64,000 bases of DNA from Candidatus Aminicenantes bacterium. Lineage in GTDB: Bacteria > Acidobacteriota > Aminicenantia > Aminicenantales > JAFGBC01. Within the stretch, counting starts at the first letter, position 1; every line of letters begins with the position of its first letter. The notes under the pieces are model-generated. The model ran no database searches. It was not told the DNA's origin and saw nothing but the letters and a program-made list of their open reading frames with translations. A program made the translations under genes and the position numbers. Location of the stretch: positions 3,872,001 through 3,936,000 of the forward strand of contig OY969696.1 of assembly GCA_963702005.1 (NCBI GenBank), read 5' to 3'. Positions 29,583 through 39,627 of the stretch are shown here, piece by piece.

Positions 29583-30730
29583 AATGCACGAGAGAGAGCG
29601 GGAAAACGACTAACTCCATTGTCGACAGCCGGGATTTTCTAGCGCGGCTGTGGAGGCTCGAGAACGCCGAGCGGCCCGGGTTCCTGGTCGGCTACGTCGG
29701 GCCTCGCGTCAAGGGCGGGCGGCCCGTCCGGAGCGCCCTGTTCTCGACGGAGGGGACGGACACGGTTCGGGACCGCCTCCTCGACCCGGCCAAGTTCTTG
29801 CGCGCCCAGCTCGAGGAGATCGAGGGCCAGTCGGCTTTGCGCGGCGACTTGGTGCCCGCTCTTTGCCCGACGCTCGGCGTCATCGCCGTCCCCTCCGCGT
29901 TCGGGTGCGAGGTCGTCTGGTGGGAGAAGGATTTTCCGTCCGTCAGGGCCCTCGCGCTCGGCGACCTGAGCGAGGTCCGGGCGCTCAAGAGGCCGCGCGT
30001 CAGGGACGGCGAGCTCGGGCGCATCCTCGACACTACGCGCTTCTTTATCGAGCGCACGGAGGGCCGCCTCCCCATCCGTCTCGGGGACATCCAGGGCCCG
30101 ATCGACAACGCCGCCCTCATCCTTGGCCACACCGCGTTTCTCGAAGCCCTCGTCATCCGGCCCGCCGAAATCCATCGCCTCCTCGACATGGTCACGGACC
30201 TCATGATCGAATTCGTTCGAGCCCAGCGCGAGCTGTGCGCCCAGGCCGGCGTTGAGTTCGTACCCAGCGGATTCCAGCCTTGGATGCCTGACGGCTTGGG
30301 GCTGTCCGTGGCGAACGACGTCGGCGTCATGTTGTCGCCCGCTCAGCACGACGAGTTCGGCGTTCCTTATCTCAACCGGCTCTCGGACGAGTTCGGCGGC
30401 GTCTATATCCACTCCTGCGGCGACTGGACCCATCTCTTTCCCAGCCTCGAAAAAGTCCGCAACCTGCGCGGCCTCGAGTTCGGCGCCAGCGAGGCGCCCT
30501 ACGGAAAGGTTCTCGACCGCTTCGGCGGAAAGACCGTCCTCGCCTGCCGGGTCGGCCTCCACCGTGACATCAAGTTCGCCGGCATGGCCGATTTTGTGCG
30601 ACGCATACTCGACGCGGCCCCCACGCCGCGGGGCCTGTTCGTCCACGTCGACGTCACCAACGGGCTCGTGGACGACGCCTGGCCCGAGACCGACCTTGAC
30701 GAGATATACCGTCTGCTCGAAAATTGCTAA
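29579..30730 (+). CDS. Uroporphyrinogen decarboxylase / MtaA-like family protein
   Basis: PSAFGCE, DIQGPIDNA, NDVGVMLSP, IHSCG. Confidence 0.75.
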   Translation: MKCTRESGKTTNSIVDSRDFLARLWRLENAERPGFLVGYVGPRVKGGRPVRSALFSTEGTDTVRDRLLDPAKFLRAQLEEIEGQSALRGDLVPALCPTLGVIAVPSAFGCEVVWWEKDFPSVRALALGDLSEVRALKRPRVRDGELGRILDTTRFFIERTEGRLPIRLGDIQGPIDNAALILGHTAFLEALVIRPAEIHRLLDMVTDLMIEFVRAQRELCAQAGVEFVPSGFQPWMPDGLGLSVANDVGVMLSPAQHDEFGVPYLNRLSDEFGGVYIHSCGDWTHLFPSLEKVRNLRGLEFGASEAPYGKVLDRFGGKTVLACRVGLHRDIKFAGMADFVRRILDAAPTPRGLFVHVDVTNGLVDDAWPETDLDEIYRLLENC

Positions 30731-32289
30731 ATATAATGTTTGACGCGAGGCCAAAGCTCAAGGATCGATACCTTGAGGCCCCGGCAAATATAGATAGGGA
30801 GGTTGTTCTCGTAGGGCATGGCGAGGTCGCAGTGGGTCCGGGCCACCTCGGTCACCTCTCGGAAGCCTTGCCGATAGTCGTCCGCTTTTCCGCCGACGAT
30901 GATTAGGACTTCAATCGGCTTTTCGCCCGGCCCCCACAGCCAATAGTTGTTGTGGCCGCAAACGGCGGGCGGCAGGCCGATCTTGCGGCCGAAAAAGTTG
31001 ATAGCCGAGGCTTCGCCGTAGTTCTGGGTGTAGATACCGCAGTCCTTTCTATCCGCTTCGGGGAGTCCTTCATAGACCCGCGCCACGGCTTCCGTCATTT
31101 CCGGCCAACCGAACTGGTCGGCGAAATGCTGGGGCAGCGCTCCCATCTTGTGGCGCTCGGAGGAAACCATTCCGATACCGAGGCGACGGCTGTAAGCGAT
31201 GAATTTTTCGACGGGAAGGACGGGAAGGGCGAAGGGGGCGGTCGCAGCCCCGGTCGTCATGAGCAGGATGATGGAAACCGGCTTGATCCAGCTCCAGCGC
31301 GTTTTCAGGACGGCCCGCTCCAGGGCCAGGGCCCCGGCTGCCAGCATGACTGGATAGACAGGCGATAAATAATAGGTTTTCCCCCCCGAAAAAACAAAAA
31401 AGGCAAAAAGCGCGAGATAAGCCCAGCCGAAGACGCGGAACGGCTTGAGGACCGGGGAGAGCAGGAAGAAGAAGAGCCCGGCCAGGATAATGGGAAAAAT
31501 CAAAGGATGCGCCTCAAGGGCCTGGCTGCCCAAGAATTGAAGCGGCAGGAGCGGGGCGTTCTTATAAAGAACGGCGTTTCGATTGAGCTCAACGAAGGGA
31601 AGGCCGTGGCGGACCTGCCAGACCAGGTTGGGGATAAAAATAAGGAGCGCGAGGCCTCCCCCCGCCCAGGGCCAGACGCTCAGGAGACGTTTCCGGGCCG
31701 GCGAAAGGATGAGCCCGACTGCCAGGGCGGCTAGGAAAAAGGCGATGGAGTATTTATTCTGGAGGGCGATGCCGACGACGATCCCGAAAACGAGCCAGAG
31801 CTTGGGACGTTCGTCTTTCAAGATAATGATGAGGAAATAGGCCGCCATCGTCCAGAACAGGATGTCAAATGCGTTGTTGGTGAGGGCGCCCCCGAAGCCG
31901 AGAAGAACGGGCGAGAACAGAACCGACAGGGCGGCCAGCGCTTGTGCGAAGCGCCCCCCGCCGAGTTTGCGGACGATGAGGCCGGCCAGCACGACCGTGA
32001 TCGCGCCCGCCAGCGCCGGGAAGACGCGGAGGCCGAGGAGCGAATCTCCGAAGAGCATCCTCGACACCCGGGCGACGAGCGGCGTAAAGGGCGGGTGGTC
32101 GACAAAACCGAAGGCGAGACGCTCGCCGCAGATGATATTGTAGAGCTCGTCGCGGAAATAGCCGTAACGGCCGCTAAAAACCATGTGGACGATGAACTTG
32201 GCCGACCCCAAATAGAGGAGGACGGCCGTCGAACCCAGGAGCCCCGCCCGGGAAAAGATCTTTCTCACTCTGCCCTCCTCTCGCATCAT
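30727..32289 (-). CDS. GT-C membrane glycosyltransferase (GT39/ArnT-like)
   Basis: YGYFRDELY, GFVDHPP, multiple TMs, FADQFGW, NYGEA, HNNYWLWG. Confidence 0.85.
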   Translation of the reverse strand: MMREEGRVRKIFSRAGLLGSTAVLLYLGSAKFIVHMVFSGRYGYFRDELYNIICGERLAFGFVDHPPFTPLVARVSRMLFGDSLLGLRVFPALAGAITVVLAGLIVRKLGGGRFAQALAALSVLFSPVLLGFGGALTNNAFDILFWTMAAYFLIIILKDERPKLWLVFGIVVGIALQNKYSIAFFLAALAVGLILSPARKRLLSVWPWAGGGLALLIFIPNLVWQVRHGLPFVELNRNAVLYKNAPLLPLQFLGSQALEAHPLIFPIILAGLFFFLLSPVLKPFRVFGWAYLALFAFFVFSGGKTYYLSPVYPVMLAAGALALERAVLKTRWSWIKPVSIILLMTTGAATAPFALPVLPVEKFIAYSRRLGIGMVSSERHKMGALPQHFADQFGWPEMTEAVARVYEGLPEADRKDCGIYTQNYGEASAINFFGRKIGLPPAVCGHNNYWLWGPGEKPIEVLIIVGGKADDYRQGFREVTEVARTHCDLAMPYENNLPIYICRGLKVSILELWPRVKHYI

Positions 32290-32341
32290 ATAATGCTAGG
32301 GCGGCCCGAATCAAATCATCCATGCCTTCCCCTCAGCCGCG

Positions 32342-32370
32342 TTGACATCCCGGCCGCGGGCCATTACGAT
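32342..32370 (+). promoter_or_regulatory. Sigma70-like promoter, probably giving a leaderless transcript
   Basis: TTGACA-17 bp-TACGAT, with ATG 32379 only 8 nt downstream and no RBS. Confidence 0.5.
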
Positions 32371-32378
32371 TGTTGCCG

Positions 32379-34880
32379 ATGAGTTTATTCGATCGGGTGA
32401 TCGAGGTCGAGGGACGCGAGCTCGGTGACGGCCGCATCCTCATCCTCCGCGTCCGGACTCAATCCGGGAAGGGCGCGCGCCTCTCCTTTCGGGCGCTGAC
32501 TCCGGAGATCTGGCGCTATGATTTCGAGCCGCCCTCCCCCGCGGAATCCGGAGCCGCGGATTCCGGTCTCCAGCCGTCGGCGATACCCTCGGTCCTCGAT
32601 TGGGACGCGGCCCCGCTCCCTCTCGAAATCTCCGATGACGGAGCCACCCTGACGGCCGCAATCGCGAAACCCGGCCCGGCGGCGGGTTCGAGCCGGCCGG
32701 TCCCCTTCTCCTTGTCGCTCGAAGTCCGGCGCCGGCCGTTCGCCATGCGCTTCCTGGACGGAAACGGCCGTCCTCTTCTCGCCGAAAACCCCGGCGACGT
32801 GGACGGACTGGGCCGCCCCTTCGTCCTCCCGCTCGGCTTCGCCCCCGCCGAGGGCCGCATCGATTTTATATCCCAATCCTTCCGCCTCGCCCCCGACGAG
32901 CATGTCTTCGGCCTGGGCGAAAAATTCACTCGGCTCGATAAAACCGGGCAGCGGCTCGTATTCTGGAACGTCGACGCCCTCGGCTCGACGAGCGAGCGGA
33001 GCCACAAGAACATCCCCTTTCTATGGACGACGCGCGGCTACGGATTCTTCATCGCGAGCGGCGGCCGGGCGACCTGGGAGATCGGCACCCAGTCGACCCA
33101 GTCCTGGACGCTTCGTCTCGAGGACGACGTCCTGCGCGCCTACGTCATCTACGGCCCCGAGCCTCGCCGTATCCTCGATCGCTACACGGCTCTGACCGGA
33201 CGCCCTCCGGTCCCCCCTAAATGGAGCTTCGGGCTGTGGCTCTCTTCGGGCGGGACTTACCGCGACCAGGACGCCATGGAAAAGCTTCTCGACGGGATCG
33301 AGTCCGAAGCCCTCCCGGCGTCGGTCGTCCATATCGATCCCTGGTGGCTTCGTTGGCGCAAGTATTGCGACTTCGAGATCGACGCTAAGGCCTTCCCCCG
33401 CTTCCGCGCGCTCATCGACCGGGTCCACGGGCTGGGGCTCAGGCTCTGCCTCTGGGAGCATCCCTATCTCTCGATCGAAAGCGAGATCTTCCCCATCGCC
33501 CGCGAAAAAGGCTACCTCATCAAACGCCGCGACGGAGAGGTCTATGTCGTCGATTATGGCCTATCCCTGGCGCCCCGCCCGGACGGCGTCGTGCGGGCGG
33601 CCGGACGCGGCGAATCCTGGAACGCGCCGGTCGCGATCATCGACCTCACCAACGCGGAGGCGGTCGCCTGGTTCAAGGACCTTCACCGGCCCCTCCTCCG
33701 CATGGGCGCGGATGTTTTTAAAACCGACTTCGGCGAGGACGTCCCCGAGGACGCCGTGTTCGCCGGCGGCGCGACGGGCCGGACCATGCACAACCTCTAC
33801 CCTCTTCTCTACAACCGGGCCGTGTTCGAGGTCACGGAGGAGGAGCGCGGCCGAGGGAGCGGTATCGTCTGGGGGCGGTCGGGCGCGGCCGGGAGCCAGC
33901 GCTATCCCGTCTGCTGGTCGGGCGATCCGGCCGCCGACTTCGAGAGTCTGGCCGCGACCATTCGGGGCGGCCTCTCGGCCGGGCTGTCCGGAATCCCGTT
34001 CTGGAGCTCCGACATCGGCGGATACCGGGGCCGGCCGGATCCGGAGCTCTATATCCGCTGGGCCCAGTTCGGCCTTTTTTCGTCCCACAGCCGGATGCAC
34101 GGCGACGGCCCGCGCGAGCCCTGGGCGTTCGGCCACGAAGCCGAGCGGATTGTCAAGGCCTGCGCCGAATTCCGCTTCCGGCTTTTTCCTTACATCTACA
34201 GCGCCGCGCATGAAGCGGCCCTGACGGGAGCGCCCGTCATCCGGGCCCTGCCGTTCGCCTTTCCCGACGATCCGCTATCGGCGGCGGCCGCGGCGCCGGC
34301 CGACCTCGAGTACATGTTCGGGCCGTCGCTCCTCGTCGCGCCCGTCTACGAGCGGGGCGGCAGCCGCACGGTCTATCTCCCGCCCGGGAATTGGATCGAC
34401 TACCGGACGCGGAAGAAATTCAAGGGCCCGGTCACCCTAAGGATGAGCGTTCCCATCGAGACGATCCCGCTCTTCGTTCGCGCGGGCGCGATTATCCCGA
34501 TGATCGGGGCGAAGAAGCCGGTCCTCCGCATCCCTGAGGGCCGGATCGATCCGCTCGGCCTCGAAATCCACCCGTACAAAACCTCCGAATCCGTCCTTTA
34601 CGAGGACGAAGGGCCGACCTTGTTTCGCTGCGAAGGCCGCGGCCCGAGAATCGTCCTGACCTGGAACGGCCCGATCCGCAGGCGTTGGGTCCTTCGCTTC
34701 CACGAAATCCAGAGGCCGGAACGGATCCGCCTCGAGACCGCGCCCCGCCTTCCCGTGAACCGCCATCGCTCGAAAAGTTATGAGAACCGCGATTTAACGC
34801 TCGGGCTCCCCTCTGTCCGCTCTGGCCGCGTCGAGCTCCTCTACCCCTTCAAGAAAGGACAGGGAGGCCGTAAAAGATGA
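32379..34880 (+). CDS. Alpha-xylosidase-like glycoside hydrolase (GH31, YicI-like)
   Basis: FGLGEKF, PPKWSFGLWLS, FKTDFGE, HNLYP, WSGD, WSSDIGG, HSRMHG. Confidence 0.9.
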   Translation: MSLFDRVIEVEGRELGDGRILILRVRTQSGKGARLSFRALTPEIWRYDFEPPSPAESGAADSGLQPSAIPSVLDWDAAPLPLEISDDGATLTAAIAKPGPAAGSSRPVPFSLSLEVRRRPFAMRFLDGNGRPLLAENPGDVDGLGRPFVLPLGFAPAEGRIDFISQSFRLAPDEHVFGLGEKFTRLDKTGQRLVFWNVDALGSTSERSHKNIPFLWTTRGYGFFIASGGRATWEIGTQSTQSWTLRLEDDVLRAYVIYGPEPRRILDRYTALTGRPPVPPKWSFGLWLSSGGTYRDQDAMEKLLDGIESEALPASVVHIDPWWLRWRKYCDFEIDAKAFPRFRALIDRVHGLGLRLCLWEHPYLSIESEIFPIAREKGYLIKRRDGEVYVVDYGLSLAPRPDGVVRAAGRGESWNAPVAIIDLTNAEAVAWFKDLHRPLLRMGADVFKTDFGEDVPEDAVFAGGATGRTMHNLYPLLYNRAVFEVTEEERGRGSGIVWGRSGAAGSQRYPVCWSGDPAADFESLAATIRGGLSAGLSGIPFWSSDIGGYRGRPDPELYIRWAQFGLFSSHSRMHGDGPREPWAFGHEAERIVKACAEFRFRLFPYIYSAAHEAALTGAPVIRALPFAFPDDPLSAAAAAPADLEYMFGPSLLVAPVYERGGSRTVYLPPGNWIDYRTRKKFKGPVTLRMSVPIETIPLFVRAGAIIPMIGAKKPVLRIPEGRIDPLGLEIHPYKTSESVLYEDEGPTLFRCEGRGPRIVLTWNGPIRRRWVLRFHEIQRPERIRLETAPRLPVNRHRSKSYENRDLTLGLPSVRSGRVELLYPFKKGQGGRKR

Positions 34881-36145
34881 TTTTCAGAATGGACACCGCC
34901 TTCCGCAATCCGATCCCGGCGATTCGAATGACACCACGCAGCTTTTTTGTTCTTGTCCTTATGACGGCCGTAATGTTTTCAGCCGCGTGCCGGGGCTCAT
35001 CGCCGGAACCAAAAGCCATCGTCTCCGCCGACGACATCGCCTGGCTCGAGACCGAGGCAAGACGCCAACTCGCCGGATGTCTGATCACGGCCCGCGACGG
35101 GACGCCCCTCTACACGCCGGACGGCCAGGGCCATTACGCCGCACTCTGGACGAGGGATTTCGCCTACATGGTCGAGAACACCTTCGACCTCATCCCGCGC
35201 GAGAATGTCCGCCGGGGCATCCTCTATCTCCTCGCCGGGCAGAGGGAGGACGGCTGCGTCCCCGACCGCGTCCAGGCCGACGGGCTGGCCGTTTACAGCG
35301 CGGGCTCGGTCGACCAGCCGTTGGGCGACCCGCCAACGGACAACTCGCAGTTCATGGTCAAGCTCGTGGCCGACTTCGTCCAAGGAACGGGCGACATGGA
35401 CCTCTTCCGGACGGTCGCGGACAAACTCGTCAAGGCCATGGGTTATACGCCGAGGAGCACCCGCGGACTCGTCTCGATCGACCCCGCCCGGCCTCATTCC
35501 CCTTACGGCTTTACGGACACGATCGCCAAGACCGGGGAGCTCCTTTTCTCATCCCTGCTCTACTGGGAGGCGAGCCGCCGCCTTGTTGAGCTGTTTGCGG
35601 AGAACGGAGACGCAGCGCGGTCCGCAGAATTCGATGTTCGGGCCGGCGGGATCGAGAGGGGCCTGGACGCATTATGGGACGAGAAGGCCGGAATGTTCCT
35701 GGCCGCCACGATCGACTGCCGGCAGGTCGATATCTGGGGCAATGCCTATGCCGTCTACGCGGGATTCCCGCTCGGCTCGAAAAAAGGGCGGATCCAGGAT
35801 TATCTCGCTCAAGCATACGGCCGCTTCATCTATCGCGGCCAGGTCCGACATCTTCCTGCGCCCGAGCACTGGGAGCGGACTCTCGTCCCGGTCATGCCCG
35901 GGACCTACCAGAACGGCGCTTACTGGGGCACGGCCTCGGGCTGGGTCGCTTTCGCTATGAGAGAGAAAAGGCCCGATCTGGCCGCGCGGCTCGTCCAGGC
36001 TCTCCTCTCGGACTACCGGCGCCGGGGCGTCCATGAATGCGTCAACGTCGGGTACGAAAAGCTCAGGGATTACGTCGTAAGCGTCGTCAACCCCCTGGGC
36101 GCGCTGCGGCGGATTAAATCCGAACTGACCCGGCAGGCTTCCTAA
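34877..36145 (+). CDS. Six-hairpin glycosidase-like lipoprotein
   Basis: SAAC lipobox-like; YAALWTRDFAY, YGFTDT, YQNGAYW. Confidence 0.65.
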   Translation: MIFRMDTAFRNPIPAIRMTPRSFFVLVLMTAVMFSAACRGSSPEPKAIVSADDIAWLETEARRQLAGCLITARDGTPLYTPDGQGHYAALWTRDFAYMVENTFDLIPRENVRRGILYLLAGQREDGCVPDRVQADGLAVYSAGSVDQPLGDPPTDNSQFMVKLVADFVQGTGDMDLFRTVADKLVKAMGYTPRSTRGLVSIDPARPHSPYGFTDTIAKTGELLFSSLLYWEASRRLVELFAENGDAARSAEFDVRAGGIERGLDALWDEKAGMFLAATIDCRQVDIWGNAYAVYAGFPLGSKKGRIQDYLAQAYGRFIYRGQVRHLPAPEHWERTLVPVMPGTYQNGAYWGTASGWVAFAMREKRPDLAARLVQALLSDYRRRGVHECVNVGYEKLRDYVVSVVNPLGALRRIKSELTRQAS

Positions 36146-36911
36146 GGACGGCGCCCGCGCGGAAATCCCCCTCGGGGAATTGAAGCTTCACGACCTCGAA
36201 CCCGCCCGCGGCGAATTCCGCCTCGAGCGCTTCCCGCGACGAAAAGAAGTGCTGGAATTCGACATTCTCCCAAAGCTCATCCCCATCCTCATAGCCGAGG
36301 CAGCCTAAGGTCGCGGCGGCCACAAGTTTCTTGATCAACTCCGCTTCGGGGCGCAGCCGGAGCGGGGATTTCCACGAGAGCTGGCAGGCGAAATAGCCCC
36401 CCGGCTTCAGGATCCCGCGGAAGCGATCAAGCATCGCCACCCGCCTTGATCGGGTCGGGACGCTCGAGTACATGGAAGCCGAGAGGAAGATGAGGTCGAA
36501 CGACTCGGCCGGAAAATCGAGCCGGCTGATCTCCTGGACGACGCCGGTCAGGGCCAATCCGCGTTGCCGGGCGTTCGCCGCGGCCTTGTCCGTCATGGAC
36601 TTGATGAAATCGACCCCGGTGACCCGGTGCCCCGCTTGGGCAAAGGGGATGGCATCGCGGCCTCCGCCCACGCCCAAGACGAGGACGTCCGCCGCGCGGA
36701 GCGGGATACCCCGGATCAGATCCTCTTCCTCGGGCGTCCACCCGCCGTCAATGAGAGCCGTCTTCGCCCAGCCCTCTATGGAGTCGGGCTGCGCATAGCT
36801 CAAACGGCCGAACTCGACGCAGTCGTCCGGCTTCATGACCATGAGAGCCAGGGACTGGAGGAGGCGCCCCAACCGGATCATCCCCTTCGCCAGAAAAACC
36901 CTTGGGGTCAT
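36114..36911 (-). CDS. Class I SAM-dependent methyltransferase
   Basis: VLVLGVGGGRD motif I, VTGVD, SFDLI, LKPGG. Confidence 0.85.
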   Translation of the reverse strand: MTPRVFLAKGMIRLGRLLQSLALMVMKPDDCVEFGRLSYAQPDSIEGWAKTALIDGGWTPEEEDLIRGIPLRAADVLVLGVGGGRDAIPFAQAGHRVTGVDFIKSMTDKAAANARQRGLALTGVVQEISRLDFPAESFDLIFLSASMYSSVPTRSRRVAMLDRFRGILKPGGYFACQLSWKSPLRLRPEAELIKKLVAAATLGCLGYEDGDELWENVEFQHFFSSREALEAEFAAGGFEVVKLQFPEGDFRAGAVLRKPAGSVRI

Positions 36912-37252
36912 CCGCGCTCAACCTCACGACCGGAAAGCGAAAGCGCATCACCGCCGGCACGGATGAGACTCGGATCAACCCTTTTTGGCCTCAACGAGAA
37001 CAAGTCCCTTTAAAGCCCGTCGGCCGTTGATCGACTCAGGCTTCGCCCCCCGTTGTCTTGGGCATCCTTTCCTTCTCGGCGCAATAAATATGGATGATAG
37101 CCCTTGACTTGTCAAGAATTGTCTTTTTATCATCCTTGTGCTACCTTGATCTCACATTGAAGGAGAATCCGGCGGGAAAACGTGCCATTCTCATCGGCTT
37201 CGTCATGGGGTTGATCGCCGAGTGAATTTTAAGAAGTTAAAAGGAGGGAGTC

Positions 37253-38248
37253 ATGAAAAAATCCGTTGGTATCGCGATTTTGATGGCGGGCGTTCTATGC
37301 GGCGGCCTGATCCTCGCCTTCGGAGGAGCGCGATCATCGTCCACGATCCCCCAGAAATCCGCAGCTGCGGCTGACCCCAACCTCACCATGCCAGTCAAGC
37401 TGGACTCGCTGGACATTACGCCCCTGACGCTCCAGAACAATCGGATTAACACCCTCAAGCTGACTTTCCAATTCGAGAATTTCTCCAATAACCTTCTGGG
37501 GGGCAAGCTCAACCTCAAGCTCCAATACGGAGGCAGCTCCATCGGCGGCGGCCCGAGCCGGGCCGGAGCCGCGATCGTTCCTCCGCTAATCATCTGGCCG
37601 ACGGCCTGGACTTATCCTTTGACCCAAGCCGTTTTTAAGAACGCGAAGGGGAGCTATTCGCTTAACTTCGATTTCCTGGGCGAAACCTGGACCTGGGCCA
37701 AGATCACGGCGACGCTGGTGGACCGGAACGGCTACCCAAGCAACACCCGCCAAATCACGCTCCACAGATCTACGGCCGTCATCGGCCCGAAGCAGGGGAA
37801 TCAGCTCAACGACCTAGCCTACACCTTCGCTCTCCTCAACCAGGCCCGGAAGCCGATCAAGCTCTCCTCCTACCTCGGCAAGGTCGTCCTCATCGAATTC
37901 TCGTACTGGAATTGCGGAGCCTGTCAGCAGGAGGCAAGCCACCTCGAAGCGCTCTATCAGAATTACAAGAGCCAAGGCTTTCGGGCTTTGACCGTCATGA
38001 TCAAGAACAGCATGGACCAGCCGATGCTGCCCGAAGATTGCCTGAAGTGGGCCCAGCTCTACCTCCTGACGACCGCCGTCCTGGCCGATCTATTCTGCGG
38101 AGTCTGGGACGCCTATCTCAGGGACGCCCACGGCTACAGCGCCCCCCAGAATATCCTCATCGACCGGACGGGAAAAATCCGCTGGTATCGCCTCGGCTAC
38201 GCGCCCGGCCCGATGGAGGCCAAAATCCAGCAGCTCCTGGCCGAGTAA
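37253..38248 (+). CDS. Secreted TlpA/redoxin-family thiol-disulfide protein with N-terminal beta-rich domain
   Basis: Signal peptide; LSSYLGKVVLIEF, CGAC, PQNILIDRTGKIR. Confidence 0.8.
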   Translation: MKKSVGIAILMAGVLCGGLILAFGGARSSSTIPQKSAAAADPNLTMPVKLDSLDITPLTLQNNRINTLKLTFQFENFSNNLLGGKLNLKLQYGGSSIGGGPSRAGAAIVPPLIIWPTAWTYPLTQAVFKNAKGSYSLNFDFLGETWTWAKITATLVDRNGYPSNTRQITLHRSTAVIGPKQGNQLNDLAYTFALLNQARKPIKLSSYLGKVVLIEFSYWNCGACQQEASHLEALYQNYKSQGFRALTVMIKNSMDQPMLPEDCLKWAQLYLLTTAVLADLFCGVWDAYLRDAHGYSAPQNILIDRTGKIRWYRLGYAPGPMEAKIQQLLAE

Positions 38249-38467
38249 AACCCTCGACACTCATGGAAGCCATAAGTGCTGCAAGGCTGCTCCCCGGCCT
38301 GAAGGCCGGGGTTTGGTCAGGGTTAACCCTGAGCCTACTCAGCCCCATCTCCTCTAAAGGGGCTGAGTACAAAAGTGTCGCTTCTCATCCCCGCCCCGAA
38401 GTGCACTCAAGAGCCGCTTCCGGCGAGTGAGTGTTGAAAGGCGGGCTTCGCGTCGGCGAACGGGTGA
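38245..38467. mobile_element. Two-hairpin MITE/PATE-like element (family C), copy 1, expanded by three internal hairpin inserts
   Basis: Shares ccctcgac, ccccggcctgaaggccgggg, ttaaccctgagcct, catccccgcc and gcgtcggcgaacggg with the copies at 42061 and 63157. Confidence 0.75.
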
Positions 38468-38479
38468 GCGAAGCCGCTC

Positions 38480-39496
38480 TCAGGCCGCGCGGGCTGCCTC
38501 GGCCATGGCCGCGACGTTGCGGGGCGGCACGTTGGGCAAAAGCGCCTCGTGGCTGGGGCTGATGATGATGTGGGGCCCCAGCAGCTGTCTGACGCGCCGG
38601 ACTTCCGCCCGGACATCCTCCGGCGCCCCGTGAACGAGCAGCTCCTGGGTGTCGATCCCTCCCAGAAACGCGATCCGGCCTTTGAACTCGCGGGCTAACG
38701 TCTCTGCGCCCATGCCGCGGGCACGCGCCTGCAGAGGGTGGAGGCAGTCGACGCCGGCTTCGACGAGCCGGCCGATGACGCGATAAATCGAGCCGCAGGA
38801 ATGGAGGAGGACCTGGTAGCCCCTTGCCTTGGCCTGGCCGATGAGCCGTCTCATCCAAGGCAGGACGAACTCGTCGAAATGGGCGGGGCTGAGCATGAGG
38901 TCGAGCTGGCTCCCGAAATCGTTCCCGAAGAAGAAGCCGTCGACGAGCATCCCGGCCTCGTCGTAGAACCGGTCATTGGCCCTCAGATAAAAATCGCAGA
39001 CGCGTCCGGTCGCGGCCTTGACGACCCCGGGATGGGTCACCATCTTGACCATGTAATTTTCCATCCCGAACAGGTCACAGACGTCGTGGAAGAAGGGCGA
39101 CCAGAATCCGCTCGCCCGGTAGAAGTCCCCGGCTCCCCGGAGCGCCGCGAGAGCCTCGGCAAAATCCGTCTCATCCGGGTCCGGCCATTCGATCGCCGCG
39201 ACGTCCTCGGGGCGCTCGGTCTCCGCCAGCGGTCCGGCCTGGCCGTGGCTCTTTCTCGTTTTAGCGATGCCGAGGAATCCCGGCCGAGACACATTCCTGA
39301 AGGTCGACTCAAACAGCGAAGGCGAAAGCCAGCGGAAGTCGTCCCCGAGCTTGAGGCGGAGATCCTCCTCGTTTTTCGTCCCGAAATAGGCATGGAAGAG
39401 AGGCCATGTGTCGGGGTGCGGGTTCCCGAGCCAGAAGCCGCAGCGCGGCGTTTCGCGGCGGCCGACAATGGCCCTGACGATATCGCGGCTGGTCAT
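38480..39496 (-). CDS. Uroporphyrinogen decarboxylase / MtaA-like family protein
   Basis: MTSRD start, WPDPD, GNDFGSQ, LHSCG, LHPLQ, GGIDTQ, PSHE. Confidence 0.82.
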   Translation of the reverse strand: MTSRDIVRAIVGRRETPRCGFWLGNPHPDTWPLFHAYFGTKNEEDLRLKLGDDFRWLSPSLFESTFRNVSRPGFLGIAKTRKSHGQAGPLAETERPEDVAAIEWPDPDETDFAEALAALRGAGDFYRASGFWSPFFHDVCDLFGMENYMVKMVTHPGVVKAATGRVCDFYLRANDRFYDEAGMLVDGFFFGNDFGSQLDLMLSPAHFDEFVLPWMRRLIGQAKARGYQVLLHSCGSIYRVIGRLVEAGVDCLHPLQARARGMGAETLAREFKGRIAFLGGIDTQELLVHGAPEDVRAEVRRVRQLLGPHIIISPSHEALLPNVPPRNVAAMAEAARAA

Positions 39497-39627
39497 TCGT
39501 GTAGGAATCCTTTTTTTTATTTTATCATGCCGGCTAAATTCCCCAAAACGACTGTAGCGGCGATGGGTGGGATTGTTTAAGGTGAGACGCTGTGCTATCT
39601 TCATTTTGATCGAAATGGAGGGAAGCC

